A stretch of 64,000 nucleotides of DNA from Marsupella aquatica (Eukaryota > Plantae > Marchantiophyta): positions 13,296,230 through 13,360,229 of the forward strand of contig OZ316898.1 of the NCBI GenBank assembly GCA_973895155.1, written 5' to 3'. This document shows positions 52,375 through 64,000 of this stretch, one piece after another. Position 1 is the first letter of the stretch; every line of letters starts with the position of its first letter. The notes under the pieces were generated by a model. It ran no database searches. It was not told the DNA's origin and was given only the letters and a program-made list of their open reading frames with translations. The translations under genes and the position numbers were made by a program.

Positions 52375-54215
52375 AAGGGAAGTGCATTTGCCAAATGCAC
52401 ATTTTGCACTGAGTTCAAAGATCAATTGATGCGAGAGAAGAGAAAAAAAAAGCGTGCAGAGATTGAAGAGACGAGAGCGCGACATCTTCGTGAACAAATG
52501 TCAAGAAAATATGTTTACTATGCTCATAGGGTTCTTGCAAAGAAGGATCCTCAAAACTATCTTTGCATTATTCACGATAAGATGGATCAAGCAAAGACTT
52601 GGATCCCCAGGTTGGTCCCCACTCCAAAATCCCTCTCCAGTAGTGGTCAGCCTCTGGCTATTGCTCTTATTGGGATGTTAACCCATGGAAGAGATCCCGG
52701 AGTGTATGCATATTTCAATTTGACTGGACTTTGGCCTGGAGATGCAGACTTTACTGTGACATCTTTGGCCAAATGCCTTCGAGATTTGGAAGATTACACA
52801 GGAGACAAAATTGGAGACCTTCTTGAAGGATTGAATTGGAATGCAACTAGGCGAGCAACTAGGCCAATATTTCAGTCCCTTCTAGACTTTGAAGCATTTT
52901 TGGTCGGTTACTTGGAACCCAAAAATGTTTCAATTGTTCGATTTCAAGGCATTGAAGATGGTCAGGAGACTCAAAAATCAAGCACAGTGGATGTTGGTTC
53001 TAGGGATGATCCTGAGACTACCAAGGGCTCTTTCAAGCCCTTACCAAGGCACCTAACATTGTAGATGGACAATTCAGGGAAAGATAACAAAAATCAGTAT
53101 GTGATGGCATTTTGTAGTGAGCTTGTTAGTAGGGGTGTTTGAAACTGTGCAAATGCCAGGTGAAAGAGATAGAAGGTCACTCAAAACCAGTGACATTTCT
53201 TTTCTCCATGAGGGATAATGTGCCAGTGTATCAATATAAAGCACATGTCAAGCAACCTTGGCTTCCAACAATGGGGAGGCCCATTTGGAGAACTCATCCC
53301 ATCACGAATGCACTCATTTTACCGGAAGGCCAACCATTTGCAAAACCTATATCTGGGGATGTACAAAAGAAAGCCGGAGAAATCATCCCATTCCTTAATT
53401 GCTATATTGATTTCTTGAAGAAAAGTTGTAAGGATGAGACCTCTGTAGCATATTGAGAGAGATTTCCTTTGGTCAAATATTGGGAGAATCTTGTGCAAGC
53501 ACTGTCCGAGGAACTTACAATAGAAGGGGAGGGGGAAAGACAATTGTCATTGACAACTGATTTTTGGCCAAAGACTAACCATGGCACAGGTTACAAGATG
53601 ATTTTGGGGACATCTCAACCGTCAAGTGAACCCTCTCAAAATCCAGAGATGATGGACCTTCAAAATGAGTACATGGAAGAGATGGAAGATCGAGCTGCAC
53701 CCTTTGTTGGTGCACGACAAGAGCGAGAACTTGCACGTTGGATTCCCTTACAAGATATTCAAGAAGGTCACTTTGTATTTTTACGTCCAGAGGATGAATG
53801 GGAACAGGAAAATGGCAAAGGGCGTTTCTGGTTGGTTCGAGCTTTGGGTGGTGTGGATCCAAACCATGAGGTTCACTCAACAGATTTGAAATATATTGAA
53901 GGGTCTTCTTCAATGTCAGTTGAAAGCATCCCTAAGAGGAATGCTCCTATGTTCCAAGTACAATGGTGGAGGCCTAAACATGGTAAGCATGATGCAAAAA
54001 ATGATGTTCGATATGAACGTTGCTTTCAAACCACTAAGATTTGGGAGCTGGATCCTGGGTTTGACAATGTTGCTCAAAGTTGGCAGTTTGCAAATTCTGC
54101 AATGTATGGGTTTAAGTCAGGTGCTAAAGAACATAATATTATGGATAGAGGTTTGACAATTCCCAAGAATGTTTTAAAAAGTCTCAAAATTTACATGGAA
54201 GGTATTGATGAGTAG
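52375..54215 (+). pseudogene. C-terminal half of the outer element's transposase
   Basis: Strongly similar to 34637-36650; stops at 53062 and 53454; internal deletion near 53155 removes the GHTHED motif. Confidence 0.9.
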
Positions 54216-54779
54216 ATTGATAGAGTAGGTCACAAGTCTCCACTCAATGTCTTGTGATTAAGAGGGTAAGTAGAGTTGATTCCCATGCATTTGTCTAAGG
54301 TGAGAGAACAAGACAATCAAATTAGTACTCTATGATCATTCTCTCAAAGTTATTGAATGGACTTTCTTATAATTATTATTTTATTTGTCTTAGTACATTT
54401 TAATTCTAGAAAATGATGCCATATATCACTCCTTCTAGTAGGTTGGATATCATTCTAGTTAACTTTGTCTAGATAGTATAGTCATTCCATTGCATTGTTG
54501 TTTAGTTAGATATCTTACCCAAGCTAAATGTTTTGAAGATAGATGATATCCAAGTTTATATGTTATTATTAGATTCTATCTATTTTCCAACCAAATGAAC
54601 ACTTTTATCACCCAAATGTTTTTAATATCATCCAATTTAATATTTTATTTTCTCAAATTTTCAATTTTTGATACAAAAATTTACATTTAATGATGCTTGA
54701 ATTTTCATTTTTCATTTTCCAAATTTACAATTTTCATGCCTAAAAATATGTTTTTAAATCTTCAAATTTCCCTATATCC

Positions 54780-55214
54780 GGGGTAGCGAGGATCATCAGT
54801 TATCAGTTTTTCTGCTGAATTTTTTTTGAATGTCAGCTGAGCAACTGAGATGACAACTTTGCACTTCCACGCATCTCAGCTAGGCGGCTGAGATTGACTC
54901 AATCTCAACTGACCTCGGCGAGATCAGCGTGCGGACAAAAAAATGGAAAAAAATAATTAAAAAAATAATTTCTTGAAAATTTCAAAACAAAAAAATAATT
55001 TGAAATTTTTTTTTGCCGAAATTTGGTATCCGTATCATACGGACATCTGGTCATCTCGGCTGACCCCGCCGAGAGGTGATGTCCGTACGGTACGGACCCC
55101 ATAGTGAAAAAAATTCCAAAAAAGAACGGTACGGACCCCATCTGAGATGATGTGGCGACTGATATTAGGTCAACTGATGGAAATGATTGATAACTGATGA
55201 TGTAACTTTACTCC
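54780..55214. mobile_element. MITE family G, copy 3
   Basis: GG.GTA...ATCATCAGTTATCA imperfect TIRs; TSD CTATATCC (54772-54779) / TTATATCC (55215-55222). Confidence 0.78.
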
Positions 55215-56695
55215 TTATATCCTTTATAATTCTAGTTTTAATGAATAGAGTGATTGTATTGCCTTGATCATTGGGGTGGAGGGGTACCAAGTGCTCAAAC
55301 AATGTTTATTATAGTTGGTTCACAATGTGAAATATTATTCCTGGATTATACATAATTATAGTACTCATGAAACTAGAAGTTCAAAGGCACTTTTGCAAAC
55401 ACTGAGAGGAGAGTGCAGGCTTATCTTTATACTATAGGAAGAACTATAATTCTTTGGTACTAATTTTGTTTATCTATATAAAATATGTACCCTAAACATG
55501 TACACCGGGCGTAACATACAGGTCCCCTATGTCTATTACAGTATGATATTTGCAATTTTGAAAATTCAAGGACCGTGTTTTTAATTCCTTGAAAAACTCT
55601 GTTTAATTTACAAAAGGATGATATTTAATAGGAAAAATTAATATTTTTACATTAACAAGGGATTTTTTTTTGTGAGCAAAAATATTAAGAAGGGGTACAC
55701 GAGGGGTGTCTGTTCTCAAGGGTGTTCACTTAATATAGTAAGAGTGAGGGCTCAGGGATGTTATTACAAATAACAGCAAAATCTTTGGTGGCCAAGTTTC
55801 TATTATTCCTCTTCACCCTCTCCAGGCCAAGTGGCAAGTATGACATCTTTTACGGATCGGGTAGCCCGGTGTGTCTACTAGTCGATCCACAAATTGAGGC
55901 CAAGTGTCACAACTAGATTTTGTTGCGTCGGATGCTAACAATACCTCCTCATAATTGTCGTTAATATAATTAACGACTGCCATGACTACGTTTATAACTA
56001 TGTCCGACGTAACTAAGATGTCGGAGAAATCTTAGCGCCGATTGCCCCCATTTTAACGTTGCTGGAAACACGTTTAAAATTAACGTCTCTGGATGAGCTG
56101 TCCTAAATGTCATTTTGGTCGTCGTTCAATATTACCGTTGTAGTCGAGGACGTTATGTGTTTAGGGTATCACGACGTCAATTTTTACGTCGTGGAGGGAG
56201 CCGTTAAAGTGGTAACGTTGCTCTGTAGGACGTTCCAAATGAATCAAGCCATGTTAGACGTTGAGTACATTGGTGTGGACGACTTGAATGAGGAGTAGTC
56301 CATGATGACTCGAGTATAGCTTGGGTTTTCTATGGGAGGATTTTGGTTTAAGAGTGCTGAGACCAAAGTAGGCTTGCGTTTGTGATTTTTGGAGAATGCA
56401 CTCTTCCTGAGTACAGAGAAATTGCAGCGTGGGATCTAGACTCAGTGTTCAGTCATGGTGCGCAAGTTCTTCAAGGATGTGCATTGTTGCTTCCTTCCAC
56501 TTGGTGAAGAGGACAAGACTATATGTGGGTTCTTTTGTTGGGGAGGTGTTATTGAGAAGTTGTGTACCTCAGAAATAGACTACTTGCTGGCCTATACGTG
56601 GAAAGAAGTTGTTGAGCACTTCAGTGACTACCATGGATTGATCGAGCACTTTGCAGAGACAATTCATTTCATTTCTATCCGTTGGGTAGAGTGCT

Positions 56696-59600
56696 TGCCA
56701 CATCGTCAGCCTAGGCCTTAACCCGGGCTTCGGCTTAGACAGGCACATCCTTCGTCAAAATGAGGGTTCGGGCAGGGAGGGATGCACAGAATGCACCTAA
56801 CTCACATAAACTAGCGCTAAGTGTGCCTATTGTCATATACGGAGACCTCCTAGGTATGGTTTGTGTTCCACCGCCGGAACGTACCTTAGTCGATAGCAGG
56901 ATCGACCCCGGCTTACGGGCTTCTAAGCCTTCGTGTTGTCTGCCTTCGATCCGGATTTGATGATATAGGTACTCAACCCTGGCTCGCAACCACTACCCGC
57001 AAGCTGCACCCCGTGCCCGACTTGGGTAGTGCGTTCGGCCAAGCGTTGGTACCTATACACAAGATTCACACATACATACACACACAAGCATACAATCTCG
57101 GTTTACACAAAGGAAATAATGGGGAAGGATTTTACTACATAGGAGACATATGCGTACACTTAGTTGACCCGAAAGCTCCGGAATGAACAGGTCCAAGGCC
57201 GAGGGTGTACACTACAATGGAGCCCGACTCCGCACTCGCCTAGCGAGCTTAGTCCCACACCCTCCCCTTGGTACTCTTTCACTCCCAGAGGTCGGGACTC
57301 CCCGCACATACCGTGGATGTCCAACACTGAGACTAAAAACCCCCCCCTTGCCTCTACCGAGGGGTGCACTAAATACTAAGGGCTAAGGAACGGAGTGCCC
57401 TCACGCCCAAAGATTCGCTAACTAAGGTCCTAACTAAGTTGGCTGTCAGGCCGGAAAACGGCTTGTTTTATTAGAAGATCCTAATCTACGCCGATTGTAT
57501 AGCATGGCAGTGTTGTTCTAACTAGGGCAGGTGCTGTCCCTATAGCCTAATTGAGCTATTCCTAACTCTACTCTAATCCTACTCTACCGCTAATGTCTGG
57601 CACGCTTGCCAGAACCGCCTGAGTGGGAGCGGCTATCCCGCTACCTTCTGAGTCTATCGGCGTCCTGCTTGAGTAGCTGGACCTGGTCCAACAGAGATTT
57701 GTTTTCCCGCTTCGCCACGTCTGCCTCTTCCGCGGCCTCCTGGCATGTCTCCTCCAGTTGCTGGGTGTCGCTCGTCAGCTTGTCCACCAACTGGGCCTGT
57801 TTAGTGGCTTCTCCTTGAACCCGTGCCATCTTTGCCTTCAGGGCATCAATCTTGGCTATGTCCCGTTGAGACCTGGAATCAGCTTCCTCCAGATCTTTTT
57901 GCCAACTGACGGCTTGCCCCTGCAAATTGTCAATCTTGGTTCGGAGCCGCGCAATCTTGGTGTCCTTTCCGAGCTTGGCCTGTACTGCCAACGCTGCTTG
58001 GCCTCTAGCCTCGGTGACCTGGTCCTCCGTGGCCGTTACCTGAGGCCGAAGTTGTTGGAGTTCAGCCTCCAAGGTTGCCACTTTGTCCTTCAAGTAGGCA
58101 GACTCAACCCGATATCGCTCTATTCTCTACGCAGTCTCTGCCTGCGCATGTCCTGCCCTTACTGCCGCAACCAACTCCTGGTTGAAGAAGTAGGCCACCC
58201 TCTGGGCCATATATTCCCCGGTGTCCCGAGAGATCTATTGCGAGAAATCTCCTAACAACCCGTTCAGAAAAGTGCCTGATGCAAAGAGTTCCGGATGGTC
58301 TAGACTATGTCCCTTTGGATTCGGGCACAGACAGACTCCAACCCGCGCAGGAGTAGGAGTGGACACATCCAACCCTTGAGGTAAGTCGGTCGAAGGGGCT
58401 GGTTCTACTAGAGGTGGGTGGTTCTCCTGCTCCACCGCGGAGGGTGGTGAAATCTCCCCGACCACCGTGTTATCTGCTTCGGGTACGGCTTCATTCGGCC
58501 TGGCTTCAATGGCATTGTCCTAATTGATCGCATCTAAGGTCGCGATGACATCGATGGGTATGCCTAGCGGGGCGGCAGCGGTCGATTGTAGGGCCGGGGT
58601 AGCAGGACTTGCAGCTGCCAGACTTTGGGCCTCGGGCTGCGGTTGCCTTACCTGGGCTGGGAACACCCATTTTGGTGAGGTCAGCTCGGTCTCATTGAGA
58701 CGCGGGAGGCTTCGGCGGTCAAAACGAGTGTACCACTCGAGGATGATTTTGACGTGGCTAGCGAAGTATGCCCGCCCACCAAGGTACAAAGTCTTCCTTC
58801 TCCGCTCCATCTCCTCGTGGAACTTCTTGACGAAGGATGCCCACTTCCTGGGCCGATAGTTCTCCACCTGGATAACCTGAGCGGCCGATATTTCCCCTCT
58901 CGGTTCCATCATGTGGAGGGCATACCGCTGAAACTCTAGGCATTCTGCTACCTCCAGGATGAGGCACATCCTCATTAAGAACCCATTGTCCACTACCCCT
59001 TCGGCAGGGAAGCTAGATGATTGGTATTTAGCTCCCTTGCCCCCAGGAACCCGCATCTCTACCCGGTTTATTCCCTCGGGTAGGCCGAAAATCATCTTTA
59101 GACGTGCCTCATCGAGACACATCACTCTTCCGTGCGCTCGGGTTTGTTGACGGGCCTCGTCAAAGTTTTGAATGAACTCCGCCATATCCTGTCCATAATA
59201 CCTGCTTCCGTTCCAAGGGAGAGAGGCAAGGTGCTCAAACCCCTGAGTCTTCAGATAGCATGCATGCTTGGGGTGGAGGATGTTCTTGTGAACGTTGTCC
59301 CCCATGCGATGCATGGTCAGCTTGGCTAAGGCAACCGTGGCCAAAGGCAACCCGGATACGGCTGCGGGCTCCTTCCTCTTCTTACCCCGAGGCTGATTCC
59401 CGGGGTGACTAGAAGAAGGGGACATCTCTCCATCCTCTCGGTCAGGTGGTGGTAGCGCGACTGCCATGAGTATTGGTGTCGGGGCCGCTAGCGTTACCGT
59501 GTTGTCCCCTCGGACTTGCTGGGGTGGTACGGGGTTGTTCGCACCCCGCGGTCGTCAATTTAGAGGAGGGTGAGTCTCCTTGTCCTCGGAGCTGATATGT

Positions 59601-60652
59601 ACCGCATTCACCACGGATTGTACTCGGAGAGGTGGTGGAACCGGTGGCGGGAACCGGCTTGGCTGAGGCCGAGGAGGTGCAGGTGCGGGTATGGGCACGG
59701 TTTGGCTGGCACTGGTCGTTGAGGGTAGAGTTGCCATGAAGTCTGCAAGTGCCGGTAGAGATTTTCTGACGAAAGTAAAGATGGTCTTGTCAACCAGGTA
59801 GTGTTGAATTTGCCATTGATGATAGCCCAGACCCGAGCGGGGATGTGGTTGAAGTGGTGCCATTGTAAGTCAATTATGCGCAGAATATTGAAGACCTCGT
59901 CTAGAAGCCGAAGCAGTGCCTCCCAGAAGCCGATGTATTTACCTCCGTCAAAGAAGTACCTTGATACCTCTTTGGGTTGATAAAGCTCGCTCTGGGACGG
60001 GTACTCAAAGTTAAGGAGATAGTGGTGGCGGCCTGCTAGGCGGATGGCTCTCTCGTATTTGCGTTCGATCTCATATCGGCGCGGATTGGCGTGTTTCAAT
60101 GAGTCGGCCAAGTGCCCTCCGATAGACAAGAACTGAGTCTAGAATCGTATGGCCGAACTAGAAAGGATCGTGTGCGACATTAAGGGAAGATAGCAGGTGA
60201 CTAAGGAAAAGCGAGAGAGCTGGGATCAAAGCTGGCGCATGGACTGGAGAGCTTGGTGCACTGCAAAGGATCGGCTCCCTTTTATACCCTGAGAGCTCGT
60301 CGATCGCCCGATGCCTCCTTGTCGATTATAGGTCAAGCCTTTCACGCTCATAGTGTACCAGCCCTTCTCCAGTCCGGGTCAGCTCGTGTCAGTGGCCGCC
60401 TCTCGAAGTTTGTTATACGGACCCGAGAGAGGGGGAAAAAGGGCCCATTACACGCTCGCAACCTGGTCGTGCAAATGGCGACCCGCCGCCAGCCCGAACT
60501 GAATTCCCCTTATTGACTAATGATTTCCTACTCATAATGCCTACCTAAATACTATCGTTATGCTAATAATAACGGCCTAAGATACCCCTAATGCGCGTGC
60601 TAAGTGCGGTTAGATTGAATTACTCATTACCCGCCGTACCGGCGGCGTCACA
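56696..60652 (-). mobile_element. Family H ORF-bearing solo-LTR-like element (3957 bp)
   Basis: TGCCAC...GTCACA termini; 5-bp TSD GTGCT at 56691-56695 and 60653-60657; TATA-like GGGTATAAAAGGG on the minus strand near 60280. Confidence 0.85.
57641..60180 (-). pseudogene. Family H ORF(s), distant homologue of the family A ORF
   Basis: LPW...EFIQNFD..TRAHGRVMCLD..LKMIFGLPEG...NGFLMRMC matches family A LPW...EFVGSWE..TRIYGKDLYLT..IAEVFGLPIG...NGFFRNTC; coiled coil at 57641-58093. Confidence 0.75.
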
Positions 60653-61598
60653 GTGCTCAATTCTGGCCAACAAACAGTTGGATCCAGGAGACTTCGTGTT
60701 GCATCCAGGTGATGATCAGATGTTGGATGAGGCGCCCAACCCAGATGATGGGGAGGCATATCCACCTACATTGCCCAAATGTGAGTTGTCTCCGACTGAG
60801 CTTCACATTGTCTTGTATGATTACAAGGAAAGTTGTGTAGCTGAGGTTGAGGCTGAAAGGCTAAAGGCTGGGGAAGAGGTCGTCCGGAAGAAATGGAACC
60901 AGAGGCAGAGGCGTGATTCTTACAAAAGAAGGAAGGCAGATGAGGAGTACTACTGGTCTGGTGAACTCCTTTAGTAGCAACAATCTGGATGTCAGTGGAT
61001 GAGGCAGTTTAGTGATTCGGCTAGGTTATAGTCGCTTTGTGGTGGACATGCAATGTGCTTTGTAGGACCTTTGTATCTCTATATCATACTGAATCTGAAT
61101 AAAGACTCCCTCATGTTTTTCATTTTGAATGCATGTGCCAATTAATGTCACCACTATCATTAACGTCGCGCGGATATAGTAATGTTGCAATACACAACGT
61201 CTTTGGTTTAATACGTACCCTAAAACGACGTAAGTTAGTGTAACATCATTTTATGTGGAGAATCAACGTCGTGTGGAATAACGTAAACTGGGTCGTGGGT
61301 AAATTAACGTCATTGAGGGCTCAATAAAACAATGTTAATTGGAATTAACGTCTGCCTGGTACGACTTAGTTTGAAGATACATTGGTCTATTGGACGTAAT
61401 AGTCATACAACGACGTTACCCACAGATGCTACAAACCCACATGAAGGTGGCCATAACAAATATATACATGCACTGAATACATTTATGGTCATGGATCCAT
61501 ATCATCTACAATTACTGATGCCATCAAACCCTTCCTCCGTCGTGGGAAGATGGAATGACGATGGACCATCCTTTCATAGTGTGCATCGGAACCATAAT

Positions 61599-64000
61599 TG
61601 TGGTGCGTCCCATGGCTTCCTAAACCCAAGAAACCCCCCAGCTCAAGCCGATTCCCGCAGGTTTCGTGCTTGGCGAGGCCGTTTCCGCAGCTTAGCGGCA
61701 TGGGACGCTGCTAACCTTCTACTACTACTATTAACATTTTACACACATATACTGGACAGATTTTACACACAACGAATAGCTCCTCGTCGGGGAATCGATC
61801 ATCGATGCAATCCGTGGCAGGTTTACCTGTGATCCTTGAAAAGAAGTCGGCATTGGCATGTAACTTTCCCGGCTTGATCCTCAGCTCATAGTCAAACTCC
61901 TGTAATAGCAAAATCCATCTTGCTACTCTGCCTGTAAGATCCGCTTATTGACTAGGTACTTCAAACTTTCATGATCAGTATGAAAGATTACCTTGTACCC
62001 TAGTAAATAATGCCTAAACTTTTTACAAGAATAAATGACTCCTAATGCTTCTCTTTCCATGGTAGAGTAGTTCCGTTCGGCATCGACAAGCTGACGGCTT
62101 GCGAAGTATATGGGATGGTCCCTTCCTTTCTCATCCAACTGACTTAGTACTGAGCCAATACAGAAGCCCGAGACATCTACAAAAACATGAAAATCTTTGT
62201 TCCAGTCTGGTGCTATCATGACTGGGGCCTCTACTAACATCTGCTTTAATTCTACCACCGCTGTGACTTGTTCGGGTGTGGGTTCGAAGTCTGCTCCTGC
62301 CTTGAGCATATTGGTTAATGGTAAAGCTAGCTTGGCAAAATCCTTGATGAACCGGCGATAGTAACCAATGCATCCCAAGAAGGATCTTACATCCTTTATG
62401 TTCTTAGGTTGCATGATATCTAGCCATACTGCTAGCTTACCTTTGTCAATCTCAATGCCCTTCCTTGATACCTTGTGACCTAGTAGCACCCCCTCGGTTA
62501 CTGCAAAAAAACATTTATCTGGGTGTAACTTGAGACCCACCTCTCTACATCTCATGAAGGTTTTCCTGAGGTATTTAGCATGTTTCGATGCCTTCCCGAA
62601 TACTGCAAAGTCATCAATGAAGATTTCCATGAACTTTCTCAAGTAATCATGAAAAATGTTCACCATTAATCGTTGGAACATAGCTGGTGCGTTGCAGAGT
62701 CCAAACGGCATACGATTGAAGACATAGATCCCCCATTCCGTGATGAAGGCCGTCTTGATTTGGTCTTCCTGCCGAATCCTGATTTGGTTATAACCAGAGT
62801 ATCCATCCATGAATGAATATAGTTCATGACTGGCTACCATGTCTAGTACCATATCAGTAAACGGTAAAGGAAAATGGTCTTTTAATGTTGCTTCATTCAG
62901 CTTCCTGTAATCCTGACAAACCCGGATCTTGGGTTTACCATCGGGTCCAGCTTTCTTGGGAACTATCACAATTGGAGACACCCAGTCTGAATGCAGGACT
63001 GGAGTGATGAATCCAGCTTCCACTAGTTTGTCGATTTCTGTTTTGACCAGCAGGGAATACTTCGGGTTCATCCTTCGAATTGGTTGTCGAAATGATTTGG
63101 CTCCTAACATGAGATCAATTCGATGTTCCCCTAGTGTTGGATCTACTCCCTTTAGATCTTGGTGACTCCATGCAAACACATCCTGAAATTCAATCAATAA
63201 GTCACTGATCTCTTTCTCGAGCTCAGGTGCTAGGTTTCTCCCTAAGTTCAGTTCTCTTCCCTCTCCTAAGTCGAGCTTCCGATATTGCCGTGCTTGGATC
63301 ATATTAATCTGCTTCTTCAAATTCGGGTCCAGTTCGGCTTCCAGTCTCTCTAATCTCATACCTCCATAAACTGGGATCTCGGCTGGACTAGCCGAGTCGG
63401 TCCCTTCCTTGGTGTCCATAGATTGTCCCTTACCGGTCTCTTCGGTTTTGAATTAGTGGTCGGCTCCCCTTCCTGCCTTGGCTCTGGATCGTGTCTGTCC
63501 ATCTCATCCACCTCTTGCTCCTAAGAGTTAGGCCGCTGTGCTCTCTCGGCTTCTAATAGGGCCTCAATTTGTTCTGCCCTCGTAATCGGCTTGTATGCCG
63601 ATCCCTTGGTATTTAATTCCTTGCCGATGATCGATGGCGTTGTGGACCCCGTCGGCTCTGCCACAACGCCTGCAGAAAATCCACTGTCCCTGCTACTGCT
63701 CCCCACTTAGCCGTTTCATCCAATTGGTCTACATCCTTTACTTCCTCCGGAATTGCAGCTAAAAAGGTGGATTCTATTGTAAAGCAGTCCTCGACCTCTT
63801 CGTCTTCTTCTTCCAAGTCACCTTCCATTGGTTCTTGCCATAATCCGCTGGGGGGTACCTCTGGTCCAAAGACACCTTCTTCGGTTAGGTTAGTGAGGCA
63901 TTCTAACCAACGTACTTCATCGGCTGACTCCAGTCCACTGTCGTACCCATCTACTTCCCTTATGCTTTTCCTACGGTCATCCTTAGTGTCCCAGGATACC
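61599..64000 (-). mobile_element. Ty3/gypsy (non-chromovirus, Athila/Tat-like) retrotransposon, internally deleted, ending in the family A 3' terminus; runs off the window
   Basis: 61599-61760 is the last ~160 bp of family A (…GCACCACA on the minus strand), joined directly to pol. Confidence 0.85.
61770..63419 (-). pseudogene. pol: pol: reverse transcriptase and RNase H; integrase deleted
   Basis: FAWS, SPIVIVPK, CQDYRKLN, DGYSGYNQI, MPFGLCNAP and FIDDF; RNase H DVS..IG, EREAL and TDH; frameshift near 61945, then LLQEFDY...NADFFSR. Confidence 0.95.

Larger units (their letters stand above)
33721..55254 (+). mobile_element. Outer, left-truncated Sola-like DNA transposon (host of the 18.5-kb element)
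   Basis: Transposase fragment EVFAKMELDGYSKVSE...FDFHK (33721-33826) resumes as KGSAFAKC at 52375; right TIR TTCTAGTTTTAATGAATAGAGTGAT at 55230-55254; left end not found. Confidence 0.85.

Noticed and set aside
1645-55214. Inverted similarity between ~1645 and ~55214 as TIRs of a 53-kb element
   Set aside because: Each is a self-contained MITE with its own 8-bp TSD

Overview
Eukaryotic, plant-like (probably non-seed plant) repeat-dense DNA with no clear host gene. Almost everything resolves into nested transposons whose termini and target-site duplications (TSDs) can be read from the sequence. (1) 2315-19069 is a four-level nest of solo-LTR-like elements. (2) 33827-52374 is an 18.5-kb (about 13 kb native) DNA transposon with 25-bp TIRs and a 4-bp TSD. 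It encodes a DUF7869/Sola-like DDE transposase on the minus strand. Divergently, it carries a decayed, intron-containing cargo locus with a ParB-like domain, a beta-class N4C/N6A DNA-methyltransferase-like domain and an FCP1/NIF HAD-phosphatase-like domain. About 18 copies of the palindrome CTCGAGA-N3-TCTCGAG were seen only inside it, and it sits inside the transposase gene of a sister copy. (3) Several 4-4.7-kb TG...CA units with 5-bp TSDs and no internal repeat behave as solo LTRs yet carry a long ORF of about 1100 aa; one such end is attached to a Ty3/gypsy RT-RNase H at 61599-64000. (4) Several MITE families are present. Domain names come from motif recognition by eye, not from database searches.
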